A DNA stretch of 52,299 nucleotides, from positions 1 to 52,299 of the forward strand of contig JABANN010000216.1 of the NCBI GenBank assembly GCA_013115125.1, read 5' to 3'. Shown one piece after another: positions 1 to 10,874 of the stretch. Below the pieces are notes generated by a model. That model saw only the letters and a program-made list of their open reading frames with translations. It was not told where the DNA came from and did no database searches. Within the stretch, counting starts at the first letter, position 1, and every line of letters starts with the position of its first letter. The stretch is from Perkinsus olseni. Lineage: Eukaryota. The position numbers were made by a program, and so were the translations under genes.

Positions 1-136
1 ATGAAACGGTTGTGCCGCGCTAGCCGCGATAATCGATACTCAGGGACTTAGAGACAGACGGTGTGGTACACTTACGCCTTTCTCTTCCATACCCGCGAAA
101 GCGTCAACGAGCGGTAGGGTGCTTAACAAAGATAGG

Positions 137-189
137 AAGGATCGTAGGGAATACAATAACTATTAGCTATTGTATTCTCTACGATTCTT
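137..189. repeat. 22-bp inverted repeat / hairpin
   Basis: aaggatcgtagggaatacaata (137-158) pairs with tattgtattctctacgattctt (168-189); the only imperfections are two G.T pairs; 9-nt loop. Confidence 0.85.
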
Positions 190-253
190 CTGTTTATCGT
201 ATATCTCCTATCCAATCTATCCTACATTAGTTGTTGAGCAGAATAGTGCACAT

Positions 254-297
254 ATTTTCCGACCAATTCCAAAATTTCTTGGAATTGATCGGGAAAT
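254..297. repeat. 19-bp inverted repeat / hairpin
   Basis: attttccgaccaattccaa (254-272) pairs with ttggaattgatcgggaaat (279-297), with one mismatch and one G.T pair. Confidence 0.8.
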
Positions 298-1744
298 GGT
301 GTAGTCAGAGGCGGGACATAGATAGTTAGGAAGCCCCTGCTGCTTCTAGTTAGACAATGTCTAATAGACATGCCATAGAAGATAGTTCCAATTCTCGATT
401 GAAATGGTCAATAATAATGAGCGATACATGATAGTTCCACTTCATTACACCGCGATTGCTCGTTAAGGCTAAGCCGTCACTCCAGTAAAAGTAGCTGCTG
501 CAGCTGTTCTCGGTTTTAGCTACAAACTTTGTAGTACAAAGGTGTTGCAAAAAGATAGGTGTTGACAAAGTTCGGCATGTCGCTTAAATTGATACGTTCA
601 AAAAACACAGATGTCATTTGAGTTCGTAAGGCTGCCTTACTAAGGCATGGTTGTTGCGAGTGTTAACTAGTTTGCTATACACATTTGTTGTTTTCGTGGG
701 CCTGTTTTCAAAGTACCTATGTGGTGTAACGTAGAATGATATTATATGTGAATGATGAGAGTCTCATCAGTTGGCTAGTAGGCACAGTGACGGTGCCAAG
801 TATTCCAATGATGAGCCAAGGATGGAAGCAAAATGATGTGAGGATCGCACAACGGAGAAAAAACCAGTCACAGTGGACAGCGCAAACTGGACAGAAGTGT
901 GGCAAGTTAATTAGTCTATAATACAGACCCTATATAAATATCATCATGACTCAGGCTGGAGGTGCGGTGCCATAGGCGCATACTAAGATGCTCTCGTCCA
1001 TTACTGTGAGCGAGAATATCAGGCTGATCTGATCAGCGAGTCGCCGAGAAACTAGGACAATCCTAGTAACTAGGACCTAGTTGGTTGTTCCTCCTAGCCA
1101 AATTTTGTCGCAGCTTGCAATTTGCAAGTTGCAATGGGCATCGCGAGTAACGAGCCCGATAGACGTAGCGCTCTCCCATTACTCCCGACGGGAGTACACG
1201 ACACACGGCGTGTGTTCGTCAATCTACAGTGACAATCTCTTGGGGTCCAAGTAGCGTCCCTGAGCTGTTCCCACGGCCATTGGCTCCTACGATGTTGATG
1301 ATACCTCCCTTACAGACACATCTGTCCCAACCGAGGCGGACAAGTTGATGTGAAAGTCGCGGGAAAATTTTCCCTTCACATGCATCGTTCAATGCTTATC
1401 TCGAGTAGCTTCTCACTATGGACACCAACACAACACAGAAGTGAAACCCGAAGCTTGTCAGTATTTTGAGAATACCGGTACAACGAAGCAGTCAGGTACT
1501 AACGGTCCTAGCCGATGTCATCGGCCCGATGAAGTGGATTCCGGGAATTGGTATCCCCTGCCCTAGACTGTGAATGATAGGATCTGATGGAGCCGGGTTC
1601 TACGAACCCATGTATATAGTAATCACCATGTCATGAACCACTACCGAAATTTATGCGTATGCTACTATTTACTTCGACGGATGGGTGCTTGATAACGTTT
1701 ACCTACAAAATCTCTCCCCGAAACTCAACGGAAGAGCAGGACTC

Positions 1745-2752
1745 CTAACCGCAGGCTTGGGAGTGTTCGGTGGCAGTAGCGCCACACAAGGGGGCTCCAA
1801 TGGCGGCTAGAACCCCATCACCGTAGATGCACCTCGACTCCTCAAAGTGGTCCAGGCCAATAAGAGTTCCGTTAGGTTCCAAGAAAAAGTCGAATCTATC
1901 TTGGGCTATCACCGTACCGCGTGCAATATCTATAGAAGCTTGTAGCTGAATAAGGGCAGACTGGATGTTGCTAGGTACAAAGGCGTAGTGATCGCACATG
2001 GTCGTACCACAAGGAGCATCACAGTCTCCGGTTGCGACAAAGGTGACCTTAGCCTTGTAATCCCTGAAACTTTCGTCATTGCAATGAGGGCAAGTCCTCG
2101 TGAAAAATGTTCTGTACATTTCAACAAGTCCAAACCGATCGCTGGCGAAGGTGGTGACAGATACACGATCAGCTTTGCGCATAATCTCGTCGACCGCCTC
2201 CTTGTCGTCTAGAGAATGGTCCAACCTGACATCCACCTCGAAGGTTATGTCGGGGTAATTTCTGGCGAGGTACTGTCTGCTGTCCGCGACGAGGTCGAAT
2301 ACCTTAGACCAACCAGCCTTATCCAACTCAGCATCGAAGCTCATGCCAACGGGTCCATACTCGGAGGCGAGATCGTAGAGGAGAAAGAGTTCAACCATAG
2401 GTACAAAATCAGCCGCCCAAACAGCCTCAGTGCCTCTCGATGGCGAAGCTCCGCCCACATACGTGAAGAAAATCGTCCCATTGTTCCCAGTCTGCTCACG
2501 GAAATCCTTGACGAACTGAATGAGCTCGTTTCTGTCAGGGAGCTGGCCTTCTCGAGAGGCATCAGCAACGGCCAGGTGAACATCGCCGCACTTGGACTGC
2601 TTGCCTTCTTCGGTCTTGAAGAATTCTATCAAGGACCGGTCGCCGTCTCGCCAATACTTCTGCCGTGAGTAAGTAGCCAAACACCCGCTGCCGTAAGCAT
2701 CAACAAAGAATGAGGACAAGGAGACAGCGATGATGGCCAAGGTGTGAATCAT
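1745..2752 (-). CDS. Secreted protein, 335 aa, intronless, Cys-rich C-terminus; possible GH18-like TIM barrel (copy A)
   Basis: Long ORF with signal peptide MIHTLAIIAVSLSSFFVDAYG; clear paralogue at 9864-10874; GMSFDAE resembles the GH18 DxxDxDxE strand (weak). Confidence 0.8.
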   Translation of the reverse strand: MIHTLAIIAVSLSSFFVDAYGSGCLATYSRQKYWRDGDRSLIEFFKTEEGKQSKCGDVHLAVADASREGQLPDRNELIQFVKDFREQTGNNGTIFFTYVGGASPSRGTEAVWAADFVPMVELFLLYDLASEYGPVGMSFDAELDKAGWSKVFDLVADSRQYLARNYPDITFEVDVRLDHSLDDKEAVDEIMRKADRVSVTTFASDRFGLVEMYRTFFTRTCPHCNDESFRDYKAKVTFVATGDCDAPCGTTMCDHYAFVPSNIQSALIQLQASIDIARGTVIAQDRFDFFLEPNGTLIGLDHFEESRCIYGDGVLAAIGAPLCGATATEHSQACG

Positions 2753-3894
2753 CTGAACGGTTTAATAAACTGACTTTCGAAGATACATATGCCAGAAGCC
2801 GTGGTCCAGGTGCTGCCTCTGTCCATAGCACTGCTCGAGGTTCACCGTTTCAACGAAGGGAGCAAACAATGAGGACAGATTCTTCCCGTCCGAGCTTCCA
2901 GCTTTGTGCGAACAGTAGGAACGTCCTACTAGGACTCAGGGACATTGTCTCCGGGACAGCGAATACCCTCATTTTGTCTAGCTAGGTAGTAAAGCTTCGA
3001 CCTTTGCTTGTTGAATGCTCGGCATCGCGGTTGCTGCATCGGTATTCACTAGGTCTTATGCTCAACCCGCTCGAGGCGTACAAACCCGGCAATTGAAAGC
3101 GGAGTCCCAAGCGTGATGCGCAATACGCTCTACGTATCAGCTTTATTACTTCACACGTCATTGATGGGGACATCAGCGCGAGACGAATAAAGCAGTTGGG
3201 GCCATCCAGTGAATGACTACAGTACAGCACTCTTGGTACCTCAGCAATCCCGAGTATAACTTGGCTACGATGATACAACCTGTCCGACCGAAACCAAGGC
3301 GGATAATCCTGAACTCTTTCCGATAGAGATTTACTCCCAAACTAGGAGTGACCCCGCATAAGAATGCTAAGCTAAGCCTTAGCCAGCCATGCGGCGGCTT
3401 TAGTAAGCTCTTGCGCTAGTGTGCAGTTTACGCTCCAGGCCGCATAGGTTATTTCGGCCCGGAAGTTTCGGGAAACGAGGTTACACGATCCGAGGGAGGA
3501 GGCTTGTTTGGTGCGAACTTCAACCTGACGGGTTGAACTCGTGGAGTTCAACGAAGGTGGAGATGATATAGTGAGCTAATCGGCACGCGCACAGGTCGAC
3601 CGCGGGCGCGGCCCGCCAAGCTAGGCTAGAGGATAGCGCCGTTAGCCTTGCGGTGACAAGGTTCATTATTCTCTTCTCTTTTCCCCGACACGATAAAGCA
3701 TCGCGACGCAGGTTAGTGCGAGTGTGCATCCGAATCTCCATAGCCGGCTGAGGTGGCGCGGATGCGAACAGATGTGTGAACCGCTGATGGCTTCCACGCT
3801 CAAATGGCAGTACTGTGCACTAGGCTAGTAGCACTAGCCTAGTGCCACTAGCGTCAGACCGGCCTTATGCCAGACGGGCCCTCGAGAGCCTTGA

Positions 3895-4580
3895 AGCCGA
3901 AGAAGACGCTGAGGGAAGATGGGCATGTCTAGGCTAGACATGCCCATCTTCCCTCAGCGTCTAGACAGTCTAGCGGCATGCAGGGCCATTTAGGGTGACC
4001 GAACTCCATCACCAAGTCGATCGTCATGGAGCTAATCCGACTCACTCCCGTAAGCTCTTGTTCCAGAGTAGGTCCTTGATCCTCATGGCTGAGGTATACA
4101 CATTAGCTGGGTTGTATCTAATACTGACCCCTGAGCAGCAGCGTAGTGTCTCGTGAGTTGTACTTTGGAAGATGCCTCAACTTCTCAGGTGGCGCAGCAA
4201 AGTTAGCACATATTTAATCTACCTTGGACAGATAGTCAACTCTAATCGAAAGTTTAATCCTCAAGCAGTAAAGACCATCTGAAGAGGCTCTGAAGGGCGG
4301 CCGTTTGGAGACACAGTTACATCACCATAGTCCTCGCTTGGCTCGAAGTGGAACCACCCCTCAATGGTCTTGCCAGGGACCGCCTTCCTTATGGGAAAGA
4401 GCACCTGGCGACAATAGCCTTACACGTTGAAGCTGTGGCGGCTGCCGAGTCGGCAGCCCCAGGTCGGCAGGTCGGCAGGTCGGCAGTGCCGACCTCTCCA
4501 AGCCTTGGAATCCAAGGACCTCATCATCGCCCAACATATTGAGGGCTGACCGTTTAAGCCTGAGAGTTACACAGAGTCGC
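3895..4580 (-). pseudogene. Degenerate fragment of the MCTP-like C2 gene at 12883-16144
   Basis: Aligns to ~14500-15080 with many third-position changes, an in-frame stop (GAC CAA to GAT TAA near 4215), a 1-nt insertion near 4256 and fold-back insertions. Confidence 0.8.
3904..3962. repeat. Perfect 29-bp inverted repeat with 1-nt spacer
   Basis: agacgctgagggaagatgggcatgtctag-g-ctagacatgcccatcttccctcagcgtct. Confidence 0.95.
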
Positions 4581-5640
4581 CTACTACCGGTAAGCTGAGT
4601 TGCGGATATTGCAGTCGCGCTTCGCAACCACCAAAATGGCTCTGCTCAACTACAGTAACGTGGCCCACTCGGTTTCGGTGAGTTGTGGATCTGGGTACGC
4701 GGCGAGACAAGGCATGACCGTCGTGCGCTGATAAATTGCTCGAGAACGTAAGTTTTTCGTTGGGAAATGGTCCCTGCAACTTGCAGTGTAGCTCGCTACT
4801 GTCGAAAGTAGAAATCCTACAGAGAAAATATAATCTGAAGTATGGCAGTCAAGTGCGCCACATGCGCGCACACATCGTATGCATGAGCGTCGAACACTAC
4901 TCGCACTTCACATCAAGGAGACCTCGTTCGGACGGTATGACGAGGCTTCGGCTCCAACGCGGACTAGAAGTGTATGAGAGCTTGCCCGGAACTCATCAAC
5001 GCGACTCTCAGGAGGTGTCATTAAGACGATCGAGAATTGACTACTGAGGGCGCCTTAGTACGCCTTAGTAAGGCGAAGGCCTTATCGGAGCTCGAGTATA
5101 CGAAATACTACGGCTACCTACTACGACTCAGAAGTTGGATACTGCATATGAATAGAAGACTGGCCATGGCTCGGCCCGAGCAAAACACACGTGCTCGTTG
5201 TTGCACGCGATCGTCGCATTTAGCGTCGAAAGATAGACAAAAACGTAATAGCGAGTGGCATAACTTGCAGCAGAGCTTACATTGTTGAGGACGGAAGCAA
5301 GGTACTCGCTGTTAGGCATCACCTTCTCAGAAGGTCCTTCGGGTTAGACACTGCGGGTCGTAGTCTATGACCGCCTTCTAAGCAGAGCTCAAAAGATGTG
5401 AGAAACGATACAAAACGAGCTCATCTATGATACAGAGGTGGTGGTGCCGATGTGTTCAGTCACTTGGTAGCGATGATAGAAGTACACATTGTAAGCAGTT
5501 TGGTCGTTGGACCAAAAAGATTCCTCAGAACGATTTGCGTCGAGGTCGGGCACTGATACTGGAGTCTTCAAAAGGGTGGCATGATATGAGAAGTGCCAGC
5601 ACACTAATGATACAAGGAAAGAAGAAAAGTAGATATAATC

Positions 5641-7266
5641 CTAGTAAGTGCGGGAGATGAGGGGATAGTACTTGTGCCATGATGGACGCCAAAAGAGTAA
5701 GCTGATATGAGCATCGAAGGTTAACCCAGCGGTCAACTTCCACCTCTCCAAGTATTTGTCGAAGCTGACGGCCACGTAGTTGAACCTGATACTTGCACTT
5801 GCACTAGGGAAGGGGATCGACGCGCTTGTTCCGATGCCTCCTTTAACTTCCACGAAGTTCTTAGGGCCAGCACGAAGAGCGAGGGTGCTGGTAAGAGTGG
5901 CCTGAATGATGTTACCGATCGGACTAGGAAGATGAACCGTGAAATGCGCCCAAGCCACTACAGACGCAGTGCATACGCCAGTGTGAACATTATGGTTACA
6001 GCCGCCCGCGGCGTGGACACATACCGTTACGGAGATGTAGACGGTCGACCCTAATTTGAAGACCACCGAGCAGCCAATGCCGTGTGCTTCCAAGTCAATG
6101 ACAAAAGGATCGTACTCCATCTTAATAGATAGGTCCAGGATCGCTCCGTGGCGCCTCCTCTCAACATTCGGGAAATCTACGTGAAGATACCCTTCAGCAT
6201 GTCTTGAATCAGCTGCAGAAACCCTGATAGCAATACAAAGGCCATTCGCACCGGCAGAAGTCTCGCATCCTCTCGGAAACTGGAAGTCGAACGCGACGGC
6301 GAGTCGAGGAGCAGCACCATTCGCGAAGTATTCGGCAGCCGCCTTTCCAGCATTGTGGGCAAAATACTTGATAATTTTAGAGGCGCTGAAGTGCTGGTTC
6401 CTCAACCAGCCCACTGAGTGGATAAGTCTACCAGGGTCGTTAGGTATATGTCCAGAAAGTAGACTTCCAGCCGCGTCCTTTAAGACCTGAAGATGCTCCT
6501 GCGCAGACATTAGCCTCCTCGAAGGCAAGGGCGGCACGCGCCCCAAAGGCACCTCATTGGCGCCGTATTTGGGGACTTGGTACGCGTTGTAGAGTTGCAC
6601 CTCAGCCTCTTTCGAGGTTAGAGAACCCTGCCTTTCCTCGAAGTGGGTGAAGACCACCACCTGATGGTGCGCATGGCCATGCTTACTGTTGCTAGCTACA
6701 AGCTTCAACGGCTTCTCGTCATGCTCGTCCATGGTGAGAGTCCAGGTATCCGGTGCTAGATTAGCGTCGTGCACATATGAGTGGTTGAAGCCTGTTGCTG
6801 GATCTACACCTTTGAAGCCGTACTTCACCCACGAATTCTGCCTCACACCATCTACCACCACAGTCTGACGGAAGGTCCACCCGTCTTCTTTCATCGACAA
6901 GGAACCACCCACGATAGGTAGCCTATGCGCTTGAGGAGGGGCACTGCCGATAAAGAACGATTCACCGTTCCTGAGACTATGCACAGAAACTAGCTCCGGA
7001 GTCGTCGTCGTCATGAAGTACTGATAAGGATAGGCAGGATGAGCATCAACTCTGGTCTCAGACCCATCGCTACCGATAACCAGGTGAGACCTGAACATGA
7101 GAGACTTGCCGTCGTCCATACCGGGAAGGGTCATGCCGGCAGTGTTAGAGGCGATAGACTTGCTGCAAGGGTGGGGTTTCCCCTCTGAATCCGTCAGGCC
7201 TTCGACGCAGTAGAGTGTGGTGAAGAGCCCACAAAGAGAAGGCTTCCGGAGAGGAGAGGCTTCCAC
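5641..7266 (-). CDS. Hypothetical protein (541-aa open frame; true 5' end uncertain), beta-rich C-terminus
   Basis: 1.6-kb uninterrupted ORF with protein-like composition; no family recognised. Confidence 0.6.
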   Translation of the reverse strand: MEASPLRKPSLCGLFTTLYCVEGLTDSEGKPHPCSKSIASNTAGMTLPGMDDGKSLMFRSHLVIGSDGSETRVDAHPAYPYQYFMTTTTPELVSVHSLRNGESFFIGSAPPQAHRLPIVGGSLSMKEDGWTFRQTVVVDGVRQNSWVKYGFKGVDPATGFNHSYVHDANLAPDTWTLTMDEHDEKPLKLVASNSKHGHAHHQVVVFTHFEERQGSLTSKEAEVQLYNAYQVPKYGANEVPLGRVPPLPSRRLMSAQEHLQVLKDAAGSLLSGHIPNDPGRLIHSVGWLRNQHFSASKIIKYFAHNAGKAAAEYFANGAAPRLAVAFDFQFPRGCETSAGANGLCIAIRVSAADSRHAEGYLHVDFPNVERRRHGAILDLSIKMEYDPFVIDLEAHGIGCSVVFKLGSTVYISVTVCVHAAGGCNHNVHTGVCTASVVAWAHFTVHLPSPIGNIIQATLTSTLALRAGPKNFVEVKGGIGTSASIPFPSASASIRFNYVAVSFDKYLERWKLTAGLTFDAHISLLFWRPSWHKYYPLISRTY

Positions 7267-9863
7267 ATGGATAGGCGATACCGAGATAAAAAAACTGCAT
7301 ACGAGAGCTCCTCGTCGAGAATGGAGATACTCCCTGAGACTACAATGTATCCTATTTCATCAATGAGACTGCGCAAGCCCGTCGAAGACCTCGTTTCGTC
7401 ACCAATCCGTAAAATAGCTGAACTCGTCATATCGATTGAAAGGAGCAAGTGGATGTTTTCGTGTACCTGTAGACACCCAGTGTCTCCCAACCGATTTCAA
7501 GTCTCCAACCCTCCAGAAAGGATCGGGGTCTTTGATTGCCCACCTTGCGGATTGGCAATGCTCTTCATTTTCAAATCTCTGTGTTTTGTCAGTCAAGTCT
7601 TAGCCGGCGACTGCCTTATGCAATACTGGAGGTTCCAAACTCCTGTCTGCTGGAGCAATGGACGACTTGCAATCCTGGACGTAGGTGCCTTGTTCTTTCC
7701 GAAGAGTTTTTCGGGCACTTCCATGGGGCGAAGATGAAGGCATAGGCGTGGTTGTGTTTCCAAGTTCGCCAAGTTCCAAGTTGGTGCTTGGATTGGTCTG
7801 GCATTGACTTGGTTCTTCTGGCCGCTGGCGCCATGGAGTCCATGGCATGGACTGTCTCTTTGGACGTTGTCCCTGACGGTCTGCTCCGAGAGCTTACATG
7901 TACCGTACACGAGCAGGCTACTTTGGTTTCCTGGGGAGTGCCGGTGGAATTCTATTAACCTTGGATGAAACATATGTGACTGACGAAGTCCAGCGTGTAA
8001 AGTTGATCCTGATAAGCTGGGCCAGGCTCGAGGAGCAGTGTCAAGGGCGCGTACCGAATTGGCACTACCAAGATGCCCGTACACACGAATGGTGTGACAT
8101 CATCGTGAGTGAGAAGTCCTCGTTCTCGTTGTCGAGTCACTACGACGCCGTGAAGACTTCAGGTTTGATCGTGTGAAACATGAGTTTACTCAACTCAGCT
8201 GAGTGCTCAACAACCATTACTCCGCATAATTCAATACAGGAGGAGAATCCAGAGTCTGGATTCCAGACGAAAGCGCCAGTGCTACCGTCTGGAGCCCCGA
8301 ATCGAGTCGAGTCCTCTCAACTCATACGCATCCTTCGTTCTCCCGTTCGTGGCAACCCCGGGGGACCCTTGGCAGGGACCCTGCCGCAGGGGTTGAACCT
8401 CTTTCCATTCGATCTCTGGCGGAAGATTTGTAGTCTTACGGAGTTGATTGATTCGTCGGAAAGGGTTCGATTAAAGCCGAGCGATTAGGCCCTCATCATT
8501 AGGGTAGTATCCTCGCCGCGCACTGTACGTCGTACAGTGTACGATATTGCCACATTCGTCATGAGTTAGGGATCCTAACTCAGGGTTCACTAACTCATCT
8601 TAACACAACTTAACCGGCTTCAGTAATTATGATGTGCCTAGAGCTACGACATAAGTGGGCAGTCGAAAATGACTAACACATTCCCCACTGGAGCGACGTC
8701 AACACGACACAGTGTAATAATACATGGGAAAACCTTCAGCCCGTACGCTGGGAGCATGGGGGAAGTCTAGCGATTGGTTGCTAAATAGTCTCAGTCGGAC
8801 GCACGGACCTGGGCTTGGCATACGAGGGTAGCAGAGACAGCCGATACAACCGCCATGGCGCAGGCCGTGGGCACGATGTCGAGACTCGAGAGATGGTGGA
8901 AGGAGCACAACCGCTGAGGGAGCCTATAGAGGCCAGGGCGGTGTGGGCGGGTGCGAAAAACAAATAATGGTAGAGAACAGCAGCCGTCTACATCATGCTG
9001 CGACAACGAGGGAGTGATGAAACAGCGCGAAAGATTTGGGGGCGCGCTCCCGTGGCGTGCTACTAGCACGGTGCTAGTCACTTCGTGTGCGAACACACGC
9101 CGCGAGTATGTAAGCAAAGGGGCCTGGGAAGCACCCAACATAGGGATATTTCACATGAATATCGTTCATCTATTCGGCGCTGGAGGATGCTGGTGCATCG
9201 TCGTCGCTGTCCCATTCCCCGGTAGCACACAATGCGTGTCACCTGGGTGGAGAAAGCCTATCATAGGCTGGCTGTGGCTAAGCTTGAGCTGTTAGGTTTA
9301 TTATACCTCGATTAAGTTGAATGGAGCATTCCCTTGCTATTTTCTCCAGCGTGGTGTTAGTCCAATCGGCAAATCACTAGCAGTGCGCATCACAACTTCT
9401 GAATCGGAAAGCCGGACAGTAATTTGTACTAATACTACTTCAATCATTCACGCTTGACAGTTATTTTGCTCCCAACAAGCTCAGCCAACAAGCCAGTCAG
9501 CAAGAAGTCACGGCTGACAGTGTCGGCCTGACACGCTACGTTTGATATTCATCTGAGGGCTTGTCAGATGAAGTTCACCGGGTAGACACACTTTCCAGTA
9601 ACCCAACAGGGAAGTTAATAGAAGCCTGAAGCTTGTCAGTATTCTGACTCAGAATTTCTGAGAAGAACGGTTCAATAAAACACTGGGATGCTCATGGTCT
9701 TCGCCGGTAAAGTGGATCCCGGGAGATGATACCCTTCAAACCCATCCATACGGTGCTGACCATGACAGGATCATTGGACGAATGAATGCTCGATATTATC
9801 AAGTTCATAACGACGTCCTACCTACAAAATCTCTTTCCGAACCTCAACGGAAGAGCATGACTC

Positions 9864-10874
9864 CTAACTGCAGGCCTGGGAGTGTTTGATGGCATCAGCG
9901 CCACACGAGGGGGCTCCAATCGCGGCTAGAACCCCGTCACCGTAGATGCATCTCGAACTCTCGAAGTGGTCAAGGCCGATAAGAGTTCCGTTAGCTTCCA
10001 AAAAATAATCGAACCTATCTCGGCCTATCACATGACCGCGTGCGATATTGATGGAAGCCAGTAGCTGAGCAGGGGCAGTAACGATGTTACTAGGAACAAC
10101 AAAGGCATAGTCATCGCACAGAGTGGTACCACAAGGAGCAGAACAGTCCCCGGTTGCGACGAAAGTGACCTTAGCCTTGTAATCCCTGAAACTCTCGTCA
10201 TTACAATGAGGACAAGTACTTGTCAAAAATGTCCTGTACATGTCAACGAGGTCGAACCGATGGCTGGCGAAGGCGGTGACAGATACACGATCAGCCTTGC
10301 GCATAATCTCGTCAACCACCTGCCTGTCATCTAGAGAATGGTCCAACCTAACATCCACCTTGAAGGGTATGTTCGGGTAGTATGCGGCAAAGTGTCGTCT
10401 GGTGTCCACAACGACATCGAATACCTCAGACCAACCAGTCTTATCAAACACAGCATCAAAGCTGATTTCAAGGGGTCCATACTCGGGGGCGAGGGCGAAG
10501 AGGAGATGGACTTCAACCAAGGCTACAAAATGGCCCGCCCAAGCGGCGTCGGTGCCTGTCGATGGCAAAGCTCCACCTACATATGTGAAGTAAATCGTCG
10601 CATTGTCCTCAATCTGCTCACGAAGGTCCTTGACGAACTGAATGAGTTCGTTTCTGTCGGGGAGTTGGCCTTCTTGAGAGGCATCAGCAACGGCCAGATA
10701 AACATCACCGCACTTGGACTGCTTGGCTTCGTCTGTCTTGAAGAACTCTATCAAGGACCGGTCGCCGTCTCGCCAATACTTCTGCCGAGAGTAAGTAGCC
10801 AAGCACCCGTTGCCGTAAGCATCAACAAAGAATGAGGACAAGGAGACAGCAATAATGACCAAAGTGTGAATCAT
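9864..10874 (-). CDS. Secreted protein, 336 aa, paralogue of 1745-2752 (copy B)
   Basis: Signal peptide; colinear with copy A throughout; the 3' flank (tacctacaaaatctct...gactcctaac) is also conserved. Confidence 0.8.
   Translation of the reverse strand: MIHTLVIIAVSLSSFFVDAYGNGCLATYSRQKYWRDGDRSLIEFFKTDEAKQSKCGDVYLAVADASQEGQLPDRNELIQFVKDLREQIEDNATIYFTYVGGALPSTGTDAAWAGHFVALVEVHLLFALAPEYGPLEISFDAVFDKTGWSEVFDVVVDTRRHFAAYYPNIPFKVDVRLDHSLDDRQVVDEIMRKADRVSVTAFASHRFDLVDMYRTFLTSTCPHCNDESFRDYKAKVTFVATGDCSAPCGTTLCDDYAFVVPSNIVTAPAQLLASINIARGHVIGRDRFDYFLEANGTLIGLDHFESSRCIYGDGVLAAIGAPSCGADAIKHSQACS

Noticed and set aside
2216-2668. Antisense ORF conserved in both paralogues (also 10338-10835)
   Set aside because: Shadow of the real minus-strand genes; explained by codon bias and paralogy
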